Positions 31,266-39,866 of a stretch of DNA of 64,000 bases are shown here, piece after piece. A program made the position numbers and the translations under genes. A model generated the notes under the pieces. The model had not been told where the DNA came from and did not search any database. It worked only from the letters and a program-made list of their open reading frames with translations. The stretch comes from an uncultured delta proteobacterium (GTDB lineage Bacteria; Myxococcota; Myxococcia; Myxococcales; Myxococcaceae). Positions within the stretch are counted from its first letter, which is position 1, and each line of letters begins with the position of its first letter. The stretch lies in assembly GCA_963771175.1 (NCBI GenBank), contig CAVYSY010000001.1:1-64000 (forward strand). The letters are read 5' to 3'.

Positions 31266-33005
31266 ATGCGCTGGTTCAAGTCTCTCGCCGTCTCCTTCTG
31301 TCTGGCCGCCTCCTCGGCCGGTGCCGCCTCGCCCGAAGTCATCATCACCCCGCAGAGCAGCCAGTTCCCGGTCGTCACCCTGACCGTCAACGTGCGCGAC
31401 CGCGCCTCGGGCAAGCGCATCAGCGGACTCTCCCGCGAGGCCTTCTCCCTGCGCGAGGACATGGTCCCCAGCGACATCCTCTCCTTTCAGGAGCAGCGCC
31501 TGGAGGGCTCCTCCACGGCTCCGGTGGACGTGGTCTTCGTCTTCGACCAGACCGGCAGCATGAGCGAGGAGATCTCCGGGCTCGTGGATCGCTCCCGCCA
31601 GTTCGCGGACATCCTCGGCAACAGCGGCTTCGACTTCCGGCTCGCGCTCGTCTCCTACTCGGACCGCGTGGAGCGCGTGTCCGGGTACACCTCGGACGTC
31701 GAGGAGTTCAAGCGCCAGCTCTCGAAGCTCCGGGCGGACGGCGGCGGCGATGAACCGGAGAATCAGCTCGACGCGCTCGTCGAGGCCGCGAAGCTGCCCC
31801 ACCGCTCGGACGCGAAGAAGGTCTTCCTGCTCATCACCGACGCGTCCTTCCACTCCAGCGACTCGGTCTCCTCCCGCACCGCGCGGGGCGTGGTGGAGGT
31901 GCTCCAGTCCAAGGGCGTGCAGCTCCACGTGGTGGGCCCGGACCTGGAGCCCTACCACTGGATGCCGGGCCGGCTGGGCGGCACCTTCTTCGACAAGGAC
32001 TCGGGAGACTTTCGGGAGATCGTCCGTTCGCTCGCGGGCGGTGTCGCCGTGAACTACGTCATCAGCTACCGCAGCCCCCGTCCGCAGGACGACGCCACCC
32101 GCCGCGCCGTGGAGGTGCGGGTGAAGCAGGGCAAGGACTCGGGGCTGGACGTGACGCAGTACCAGGCGCCGAGCTGGATCACCGCCAGCTCCCGCATGGA
32201 CTTCTTCCAGGGCGAGGAGAGCCGCTACGCGCCGCTCCACGTGGTGGATGGTTCTCCCGACACGGTGTGGGCCGAGGGCGTTCCCGGCCAGGGCGTGGGT
32301 GAGTGGCTCCACCTGCGCTTCGAGAAGGAGGAGGCCGTGAGCCGCGTGGCCCTCACTCCGCCACCGGCCGGCTACGGGTGCCCCAAGGAGGTGCGCCTCA
32401 CCCTCGGTAGCACGAGCAGGGTCGTCACCCTGGAGAAGGGCAAGGGCCGACAGGAGTTCGACATCTCTCCCGCCGTCACCGCGGGCTCGCTGGAGCTCGA
32501 GGTCGTCAGTGTGCATGAGGGCGCCGACCTGACGGGGCTCGCCGAGGTGGAGGTGCTCGCGGGGAGCCCGCCGGCGCTGCTCGGCCAGTTCGTCCGCTCG
32601 CGCCGCACGGTGGCCGCCACCGAGAGCGCCGAGTCGCTCAACAAGAAGGGCGAGCAGCTCTACCACCAGGGCAAGCTCCGCGAGTCGATCGCGTCCTACC
32701 AGCAGGCGGTGGACAAGGACCCGACGCATGCCCAGGCCTTCAGCAACCTGGGGCTCGCCTACCAGAAGGTGAGCGACTTCCCGAACGCCATCTGGGCCAA
32801 TCGCAAGGCCATCGCGCTCGCTCGCGGGGCGGGGAAGAATGGCGTCATGGCCAGCTCGTACTACAACATCGCTCGCATCTTCGAGGCCCAGGGCGACTGG
32901 AAGCAGGCCGAGCAGAACTTCTGGTGGGCCCGGCAGAACCGGCCGATGAAGGTCTACGACGACGCCGTCCTGCGCATGCAGCGCAAGCAGTCCGAGTCGA
33001 AGTAG
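31266..33005 (+). CDS. secreted VWA + discoidin-like + TPR domain protein
   Basis: Signal peptide, MIDAS DVVFVFDQTGSM, LITDA, VVDGSPDTVWAEGVPGQGVGEWL, C-terminal TPRs (AFSNLGLAY, SYYNIARIFE). Confidence 0.85.
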   Translation: MRWFKSLAVSFCLAASSAGAASPEVIITPQSSQFPVVTLTVNVRDRASGKRISGLSREAFSLREDMVPSDILSFQEQRLEGSSTAPVDVVFVFDQTGSMSEEISGLVDRSRQFADILGNSGFDFRLALVSYSDRVERVSGYTSDVEEFKRQLSKLRADGGGDEPENQLDALVEAAKLPHRSDAKKVFLLITDASFHSSDSVSSRTARGVVEVLQSKGVQLHVVGPDLEPYHWMPGRLGGTFFDKDSGDFREIVRSLAGGVAVNYVISYRSPRPQDDATRRAVEVRVKQGKDSGLDVTQYQAPSWITASSRMDFFQGEESRYAPLHVVDGSPDTVWAEGVPGQGVGEWLHLRFEKEEAVSRVALTPPPAGYGCPKEVRLTLGSTSRVVTLEKGKGRQEFDISPAVTAGSLELEVVSVHEGADLTGLAEVEVLAGSPPALLGQFVRSRRTVAATESAESLNKKGEQLYHQGKLRESIASYQQAVDKDPTHAQAFSNLGLAYQKVSDFPNAIWANRKAIALARGAGKNGVMASSYYNIARIFEAQGDWKQAEQNFWWARQNRPMKVYDDAVLRMQRKQSESK

Positions 33006-33037
33006 GGCCCGGCCCCCACGTCTCCCGAGAACAACCC

Positions 33038-34156
33038 ATGCACTGTTCGCTTCGCCTCCTGACCGCGCTCCTGAGTGTCTCCCTGTTCGCACCCTCCGCC
33101 CACGCGGCGGGCCTGAAGGTGTCGCTCACCGAGCGCGCCCACTGGCCCTGGTCCCTGGAGTCCCCGAAGGCGTTCGACGTGGCGTCCCGCGCGGAGATCG
33201 CCGTATCCGTCGAGGCGATGGCGGAGTCCGATGCGCGCAACGACGCTCCGGGAGACGCCGCCTCGGTGGCTCGGTGGAAGGACCGGATGCGCGAGGTGCT
33301 GGTGGAGAACTTCGCGAAGGCTCGGGAGACGTGCGCGGACGGGGCGCTCTTGTGCGAGGGGCCGGTGCCTGGGAACTGGGACGCGCTGGTGTCGACCGCG
33401 AAGGGGGCTCTCGGGAAGCTGCCAGCGGAGCTGGCGCCCTGGTACGCGGAGCAGAAGCCCTTCCATCAGGGATACCTGTACGAGCAGGTCCGGCTGGCGG
33501 GGCTGTTCCCGAAGGTGACGAGCGAGATCCTCCCCCTGGCTCCCTCCGAGCGCTTCGGTCTGGAGCTGCCGGACCGGAGCTTCCTGCTCACCTTCGATGA
33601 CGGCCCCACGCCCAAGGGCGGTGGAACGGACACGCTCACCACGCAGCTCCGGGCCCAGGGCATCCACGCGGCCTTCTTCCTGCTCGGGAGCAATTACGAG
33701 ATCCGCCGGAAGGCGACCTCGGTGGAGCAGCTCAAGGCGCTCTACGCGGGCATGTGCGTGGGCTCGCACGGCCAGGAGCACCGCTCGCACGCCTCGTGGG
33801 ACGGCGCGGTGGCTGGCATGGAGTCCTTCCACTCGAAGCTCGCGGAAAGCCTGCCCGAGGGCCAGTCGAAGCTGACGCTGTTCCGCCCGCCGTACGGCCA
33901 GCGCAACGCGGAGCTCCTCCAGGCACTGGAGCGCGGTGGGCTGAAGAACATCCTGTGGAATATCGACTCCCAGGACTGGCACGCGAGCACGACGGGCACG
34001 AAGGCCGCAGGGCGCGTGCTGTCGCTGATGCTGCTGTGGCGGCACGGCACCATCCTGTTCCACGACATCCACCCGAAGGCCCCGCAGGCCCTGCCGCTCA
34101 TCTGGCGCCAGACGCGCGACTCGGGCGTGAGCTGGGTGGACTGCCGCGAGGAGTAG
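33038..34156 (+). CDS. secreted polysaccharide deacetylase (CE4/NodB)
   Basis: LTFDDGP, GSHGQEH, FRPPYG, WNIDSQDW and ILFHDIH. Confidence 0.92.
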   Translation: MHCSLRLLTALLSVSLFAPSAHAAGLKVSLTERAHWPWSLESPKAFDVASRAEIAVSVEAMAESDARNDAPGDAASVARWKDRMREVLVENFAKARETCADGALLCEGPVPGNWDALVSTAKGALGKLPAELAPWYAEQKPFHQGYLYEQVRLAGLFPKVTSEILPLAPSERFGLELPDRSFLLTFDDGPTPKGGGTDTLTTQLRAQGIHAAFFLLGSNYEIRRKATSVEQLKALYAGMCVGSHGQEHRSHASWDGAVAGMESFHSKLAESLPEGQSKLTLFRPPYGQRNAELLQALERGGLKNILWNIDSQDWHASTTGTKAAGRVLSLMLLWRHGTILFHDIHPKAPQALPLIWRQTRDSGVSWVDCREE

Positions 34157-34163
34157 GCCTGTT

Positions 34164-34922
34164 TCAGAGGCCCGACAGCGGGCTCTCCGGAGTGGCGGAG
34201 GCCCTCGGTTCCGGCGCGAGCGTGCCGAAGAGCCGGTCCCACAGGAGTGTGTAGAAGCCGAAGTTGGAGCCGGGCTCCAGGTGGTGCTGGGCATGGAACG
34301 TGGTCGTCGCGATGCGTCCGAGCACGGGCCAGCGCACCCAGCCCTCGGGGAAGGGCTCGACTCCGAGGTGTCCGAGCACGCCCCAGAGCGTGTTGAAGGT
34401 GAGGTAGAGCAGCATCCCCACCCACGAGGACTCGTAGGCCACGCAGACCGCGAGCCACAGGGCGCCAAAGCCCAACACCTCGAAGGGGCTGAGCACGAAG
34501 AGCGTGAGCGGACGGGTGTGGACGTAGCGATGGTGGGGGGCGTGGAGGTGCGCGTACAGGAAGCGTACGTGCGCCACCCGGTGCATCACGTACATCGCCG
34601 CGTCCATCACCAGCGTGAGGACGACGAAGTCCACGAGTACCCGCGGACCGGTATCGGCCCGGAAGCGGATCCACTCCGCGCGCCACAGCAGCAGGCCCGC
34701 GAAGGTGACGGCGCTATTCAAGACCACGCAGGCCGCGGCGAGCACCACTTCGTCGCGCTCGATCGGCGGCGGCTCGGGAGTGACGCGCCGGTGGGAGAAG
34801 CGTCGCACCAGACCCTCTCCCACGGCGAGCGTCAGCAGGAACACCCCCAGGTTCATCCCGAGGAAGGCGAGCGCCGCGAGCCACAGGGGGAGCTCGTGCA
34901 GCCAGGTGATGATGGGTTCCAT
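34164..34922 (-). CDS. sterol desaturase / fatty acid hydroxylase family
   Basis: YVMHRVAH, HAPHH, GHLGVE and FHAQHH..PGSNFGFY. Confidence 0.88.
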   Translation of the reverse strand: MEPIITWLHELPLWLAALAFLGMNLGVFLLTLAVGEGLVRRFSHRRVTPEPPPIERDEVVLAAACVVLNSAVTFAGLLLWRAEWIRFRADTGPRVLVDFVVLTLVMDAAMYVMHRVAHVRFLYAHLHAPHHRYVHTRPLTLFVLSPFEVLGFGALWLAVCVAYESSWVGMLLYLTFNTLWGVLGHLGVEPFPEGWVRWPVLGRIATTTFHAQHHLEPGSNFGFYTLLWDRLFGTLAPEPRASATPESPLSGL

Positions 34923-34954
34923 GCTGGGGGCTCCCTCCGGGCTCGGCTCGTCCG

Positions 34955-35422
34955 TCACCCGAGCATGAACCGGTAGAGTACCTCCGCGGCGCACGCCGGC
35001 TTGGGCTCCCCGTCGATCTCGATGTTCGCGCGCAGCAGGGCCTCGACACCCTTCGGGATGTCCTTGAGCTCGGCCAGCTCCAGGCTCAGCCGGTAGCGGG
35101 CGCCCATCTTGAGCGGAGCGGGGAAGCGCACCTTGTTCAGCCCGTAGTTCAGCACGAGCGCGAAGCCCCGGACGTCAACGATCTCGAAGAACAGCCCCGC
35201 GATGCGCGAGACGCTGAAGTACCCGTGGGCGATGGGCACTCCGAACGGCGACTCCCGCTTGCACCGCTCCCGGTCCAGGTGGATCCACTGGAAGTCGCCC
35301 GTGGCCTCGGCGAAGCGCGCGATGTCCTCGTACGCCAGCTCCTTCCATTCGGAGGCGCCGAGCCGCTGCCCGAGCACCGCCTTGAGTCCGTCCAGCCCCT
35401 CAATGGTCATCTTGTTCGGCAT
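34955..35422 (-). CDS. MaoC family dehydratase
   Basis: FAEATGDFQWIHLD, PIAHGY and NYGLNKVRFPAP. Confidence 0.92.
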   Translation of the reverse strand: MPNKMTIEGLDGLKAVLGQRLGASEWKELAYEDIARFAEATGDFQWIHLDRERCKRESPFGVPIAHGYFSVSRIAGLFFEIVDVRGFALVLNYGLNKVRFPAPLKMGARYRLSLELAELKDIPKGVEALLRANIEIDGEPKPACAAEVLYRFMLG

Positions 35423-35596
35423 GCGCCTGCCTTAGCATGCCTGGAAGGTCTCCAGGCAAGACTCCAGGTCGGGTATGGCGGGCATGGAGGGTATGAGACC
35501 TCCTGTTGGCGCTCGAGGTTTCTCTCGTGGTGTCACCGAGGGCCAGACGTTACGCTCCTGAGCCAATTCGAGGCTCGGGACGGCTTGGAGGAACGT

Positions 35597-35812
35597 ATGT
35601 TGTGGGAGTCGATCATCGGCATCGTGGTGTTCTCGGCCCTGGTCCTGTTCGCGGCGCCGGAGTGGTGGAGCACCAGCCAGGGTGTGCTCAAGGAGAAGGA
35701 GCGCAAGCAGGCCGAGGCGAACAAGCAGGCCGAGGCGAACAAGCAGGCCGAGGCGAACAAGCAGGCCGAGGCGAACAAGCAGGCCGAGGAGCAGCCCAAG
35801 TCGGGGGGGTGA
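35597..35812 (+). CDS. small single-TM protein with KQAEAN tandem repeats
   Basis: GGAGG RBS, TM segment IIGIVVFSALVLFAA, repeat-rich tail. Confidence 0.55.
   Translation: MLWESIIGIVVFSALVLFAAPEWWSTSQGVLKEKERKQAEANKQAEANKQAEANKQAEANKQAEEQPKSGG
35705..35789 (+). repeat. perfect 18 bp tandem repeat (VNTR)
   Basis: aagcaggccgaggcgaac x4 plus a 13 bp partial copy. Confidence 0.95.
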
Positions 35813-35836
35813 GCGGTCGAGGCCACCCGGATGCCG

Positions 35837-37522
35837 CTACGGCACCGGTGCCGAGACCGTCCGCAGGTCAGGGCTCAAGCCGAGCCCGGCCAGCCGCGCG
35901 TCCAAGCGGGCCCCATCCAGGGGCGGAGTGACGGCGGCGCGCTGTTCGGCGAGCCACTGAGCACAGTCCGTATGCTGGGCCTTCGTGCAGGCCAGGGCGG
36001 CCTCGGCCAGCAGGGTCTCGCGCTCCATTCCCATCCATCCCACGAGGGGCCGCAGCAGCGAGAAGGCTTGCGCGGCGTCCCCCTGCTGCCCGTGCAGCAG
36101 CGCCGCGTGGTACTGCGTCCACGGGGACCGAAGGCCCTCGGTCGCGAGGAAGCGCAGCTTCTCGGAGACGCTCAGTCCCGGGTGCAGGAAGACGGTGCGC
36201 GACAGCAGCATGGGCAGGTGACGCTCGCCCGGGTTCCACTCCTTGAGCTGGAGCGTGTGCTCGAACGCCTCTTCCACCTTGCCATCGGCGAGCAGGTACT
36301 GGGCATGCTTGGCCAGACTCTGCGGCGTGGGCTCGGTGGCGTAGGCGTGCTCCCATAGCGCCCGGTCCGATAGCCACGACTGCGCCTGGCGCCACGAGCC
36401 GAACCCGAAGGCGAGCAGCAGCACGGCCGCCAGGCCCATCGCCACGGGCCGCCACGCGGGGCTCATCTTGGGACCGAGCTCGTGGAGGAGCACGGTGGCG
36501 AGCGCGGCGGCGCCGAAGGCGGGCAGTAGCAGGTAGGTGTCCGAGACGAAGATGTTGGTCATCCGCGTCGTGACGAGCGCGAGTGGGAAGAGGATGAAGC
36601 CGAGCCAGGCGGCCACGTCGCGGCGGGGCCCCAGCTTGAAGGCGGCGAAGGCGAGCGCCGGAGCGAGCAGCGCCCCGACGAGGTTGAGCGTGCTGCCCGG
36701 GTAGTACTGCGCGGAGAGCCGGAGGGGCGCCACGAGCTGGAACACGTACCGCCCGAGCGAGAGCACGGCGATGCCCGAGTCCCCGTCGGTGAGCTTCGAG
36801 TTGCCATACCGCAGCAGGTAGGGGCCGTTGTAGTAGGCGAGGTTGACCGCGGCGGCGGCCACGAGGAGAGGCACGCAGCCCAGCAGCACGCCGAGGTGGG
36901 CGCGCCGCGACTCCCGGGGAGACTGGAGCCACACCCAGAGCGCCGCCCAGCAGGGCCACAGCAAACCGAGTGGCTGCGAGGCCATGGCCAGTGCGTACCA
37001 GCCGGCGATGCACAGGGCCGCCACCCACCGGTTGCGTCGAGGGTCCACGGTGAGTCGCAGCAGCTCGCGGGTGGCCAGCAGGAGGAAGAACACGGCCAGC
37101 AGGTGCTTGCGCGCGGAGATCCACGCCACCGAGTTGGCGACGACGGGGTGGAGCGCGAAGAGGGCCAGCACGGCCCGCGAGCCCCAGGAGGGCGGGCGCA
37201 CCCACCGCAGCGCCGAGCCCGCCACCAGGACGATGCCGAACCACAGGAGCACGTTGGTCAGGTGCAGCGTGCCCACGCCTGTCCACTCGCTCAGCCGCAG
37301 ATCCACCCAGAACGACAGGTCCCGCACCGGCTGCCGGTCCAGCACGGCGTTGCCGCGCACGGCCTCGAGGTAGTCGGACACGGAGCGCACGGTGCGCAGC
37401 GGAGCCAACAACTCCTGGTCATCCCTCCCGAGGATGGGGTCGAGCCGCACCGGTTCCCAGTAGACGCAGAGGAGCGCGAGCGCGAGCAGGGACGGGAAGG
37501 AGAGGGTGCGGAGGACTCTCAT
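35837..37522 (-). CDS. TMTC-like GT-C membrane glycosyltransferase with C-terminal TPR-like region
   Basis: RDD acidic loop, QPVRDLSF, HLTNVLL, LFALHPVVANSVAWISARK, LSAQY, DTYLLLP and SWLSDRALW. Confidence 0.75.
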   Translation of the reverse strand: MRVLRTLSFPSLLALALLCVYWEPVRLDPILGRDDQELLAPLRTVRSVSDYLEAVRGNAVLDRQPVRDLSFWVDLRLSEWTGVGTLHLTNVLLWFGIVLVAGSALRWVRPPSWGSRAVLALFALHPVVANSVAWISARKHLLAVFFLLLATRELLRLTVDPRRNRWVAALCIAGWYALAMASQPLGLLWPCWAALWVWLQSPRESRRAHLGVLLGCVPLLVAAAAVNLAYYNGPYLLRYGNSKLTDGDSGIAVLSLGRYVFQLVAPLRLSAQYYPGSTLNLVGALLAPALAFAAFKLGPRRDVAAWLGFILFPLALVTTRMTNIFVSDTYLLLPAFGAAALATVLLHELGPKMSPAWRPVAMGLAAVLLLAFGFGSWRQAQSWLSDRALWEHAYATEPTPQSLAKHAQYLLADGKVEEAFEHTLQLKEWNPGERHLPMLLSRTVFLHPGLSVSEKLRFLATEGLRSPWTQYHAALLHGQQGDAAQAFSLLRPLVGWMGMERETLLAEAALACTKAQHTDCAQWLAEQRAAVTPPLDGARLDARLAGLGLSPDLRTVSAPVP

Positions 37523-37692
37523 ACGGCGCGGATGGTACACCCGCCTCCGAGGGAGCCCGTCCCCGTTTCATCATCCCGGGCCCTCCTCCGCTCTTCGGGC
37601 AAGGAGGCAGATGCTCGCCCCTTCGCGAGCGGAATGATCCTGGGTATACCTGTCTTTCCGCGATGGATCCTCATGCCCGGGAGGTTGTTCAC

Positions 37693-38565
37693 ATGCTTCG
37701 CACTCGCACCGAGGAAGGTTTGCGCCCTTGGGTCATCGGTCTCACCCTGGCCCTCATCCTGGTGGGGTCGCGCGGCGCCGCGCAGACGCTGTCCAAGTCC
37801 GAGGAGTTCTTCGGCAAGGAGGAAGTGGCCCGTCAGGTGGGTCTCCACGAGAAGGGCTGCAAGAAGGGCGATGCGGGCGAGTGCTTCAACCTGGCCCTGG
37901 CCCATGCGCAGGGCCTCTCGGTGAAGAAGGACGATGCACGCGCGGCCACCCTCTACAAGAAGGCGTGCGACAAGGGCCATCTGGACGCGTGCAACAACCT
38001 CGGCATCGCCTACGCGGAGGGCGTGGGGGTGAAGAAGGATCCGAAGCAGGCCCTCACCCTCTTCGAGAAGACCTGCAAGGCGGAGGACGCGAAGGGCTGC
38101 TTCAACGTCGGCCTCGCCCGGCAGGCGGGCCTCGGGGTGGAGCAGGAGCCGGCGAGCGCCGCCACCTTCTTCGCGAAGGCGTGCGACAAGGGCCACGCCG
38201 ATGGCTGCTTCACCCTCGGCATGGCTCATGCGCAGGGCAGGGGAGTGAACAAGGATCCGGCGCGCGCCGCGGAGCTCCTGTCGAAGGCGTGCGAGGCGGG
38301 GAACAAGGTCGGCTGCAGCGTGCTCGGCGTGTCCTATATGACGGGCAATGGCGTGAAGCAGGACATGAAGCGGGCCGTGTCCCTCTTCGAGCAGGGCTGC
38401 GACGCGGGAGTGGCGGCGGGCTGCCTCAACCTCGGCATCGCCCACCGGCAGGGCAATGGCGTGGCGAAGAATCCGGAGCGCGCGAAGGCCCTCATCCAGA
38501 AGGCGTGCGACTCCGGGCTCCCTCCGGCCTGCGACGCGCTCCGGGCCTCCGTGAAGGCTCCCTAG
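37693..38565 (+). CDS. Sel1-like repeat (Cys-rich Hcp-type) secreted protein
   Basis: Repeats of C.NLG..Y..G.GV..D...A..L...KAC..G. Confidence 0.9.
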   Translation: MLRTRTEEGLRPWVIGLTLALILVGSRGAAQTLSKSEEFFGKEEVARQVGLHEKGCKKGDAGECFNLALAHAQGLSVKKDDARAATLYKKACDKGHLDACNNLGIAYAEGVGVKKDPKQALTLFEKTCKAEDAKGCFNVGLARQAGLGVEQEPASAATFFAKACDKGHADGCFTLGMAHAQGRGVNKDPARAAELLSKACEAGNKVGCSVLGVSYMTGNGVKQDMKRAVSLFEQGCDAGVAAGCLNLGIAHRQGNGVAKNPERAKALIQKACDSGLPPACDALRASVKAP

Positions 38566-38575
38566 AAGAGGGGTC

Positions 38576-39391
38576 CTAGACCCGAGACAGCAGGCGCTCG
38601 GTGGTGTCCCGCACCGCGCGCCGCGTGGCCTCGTCCTCGGCGACGGCGGGCCACGGCTGCTCGTTCTCCTCGATGAGCCAGCGGGCCTCGCCGGTGGGCG
38701 ACCAGCGCTCGCGCGCGAGGATCCGAGCGAGACGCGCGGCGCACACCTCGGGCGCCTCCCAGCCGCGCTTCACGAGCGACAGGAGCCAACCGACCGGACC
38801 CGACCGGGCCCCGAGGTCCGTGCGCACCACGCCGGGGTGGAGGACGACCACGTCGAGCGCCGGCCAGGCGGCGGCGAGGTCTCGCATGGCCAGGGCGAAG
38901 CAGAGCTTGGTGGTGCAGTAGGTGCGGATGCCGGAGAAGTCCTCGCCGGTGGGAGTGCGGGCGGCATCGAAGTGCCCCTTCAGGATCAATCCGGCGCTCA
39001 CCACCATGACGCGGCGCAGGCGCTCGGCGTCGAGCAGTGCCCGCTGCATCACGAGGGGCGCCAGGTGGTTGACGACGAAGGCGGTCTCGAGCCCGTCAGG
39101 GGTGAGCGCCCGTTTCGACGGCCACAGCCCGGCATTGTGGATGAGCGTCGCGCCGGGGGTGACGACCTCGACGAGGCGCTGCCCGAGGGCCCGGGCCTCG
39201 GCCAGTGACGAGAGGTCTCCCGGGACCGCGACGGCGTGGCCACCCTTCTGCTCGACGGCGGTGACGAGGGCATCGAGGCGCGCGCGGTCCCGGGCGACGA
39301 GGACGAGGCGATCGTCACGTCGCTCGGCGAGGGCAAGAGCCAGGGCGTGGCCGATACCGCGGGAGGCGCCGGTGAGGATCAAGTCACTCAT
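38576..39391 (-). CDS. short-chain dehydrogenase/reductase
   Basis: TGASRGIG, HNAG, YCTTK and HPGVVRT. Confidence 0.92.
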   Translation of the reverse strand: MSDLILTGASRGIGHALALALAERRDDRLVLVARDRARLDALVTAVEQKGGHAVAVPGDLSSLAEARALGQRLVEVVTPGATLIHNAGLWPSKRALTPDGLETAFVVNHLAPLVMQRALLDAERLRRVMVVSAGLILKGHFDAARTPTGEDFSGIRTYCTTKLCFALAMRDLAAAWPALDVVVLHPGVVRTDLGARSGPVGWLLSLVKRGWEAPEVCAARLARILARERWSPTGEARWLIEENEQPWPAVAEDEATRRAVRDTTERLLSRV

Positions 39392-39554
39392 GGTCAGAGC
39401 CTGACAGGATCGCCTCTAAACTTCCATTAGATCGCCTCATGCTTCTGAGAGTGTTTACCTGCTTACGCAACTCGCCAGGCCGCCTGGTGAGCAGAGAAGG
39501 GGAGTGGGGACTCCTCGAAGGCAATTCGTTTCGGAACAAATTGATTGTCAGGTC

Positions 39555-39574
39555 AATCGATTGTGAAATCGATT
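39555..39574. promoter_or_regulatory. putative operator AATCGATT-N4-AATCGATT upstream of the SulP/Ehr genes
   Basis: Two palindromic 8-mers 4 bp apart in a lower-GC intergenic region between divergent genes. Confidence 0.4.
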
Positions 39575-39866
39575 AGAGAGCGTTGGACAGCAATGTCAGC
39601 AGGGTGTATCAACCGGCTCGTTGCCCGTGGATGTGGTTGGCTCATCGAAGGTCAGTGGCTTGGTGTTGCATTTGCGGGATGCGTTTGTATTCAATGTCGA
39701 AATTGGCAGCTTGAGGTTCGTTTGGGCTCGGATGGTTGTACGTCCGGAGTCGTAGGGAGAGTTTGGCTTCAAACCACATCTGTCCGGACGTGAAGTAGGG
39801 ACCTTGGGTCCAACTCTGGGACGGATGCTCCGTCCCTCTCGTCCGGTCAAATTGGAGGGACATCGC

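Noticed and set aside
30648..33005. Ankyrin-VWA-TPR fusion (785 aa ORF)
   Set aside because: An internal ATG with a signal peptide at 31266 and a non-protein-like linker indicate an ankyrin remnant that happens to be in frame.
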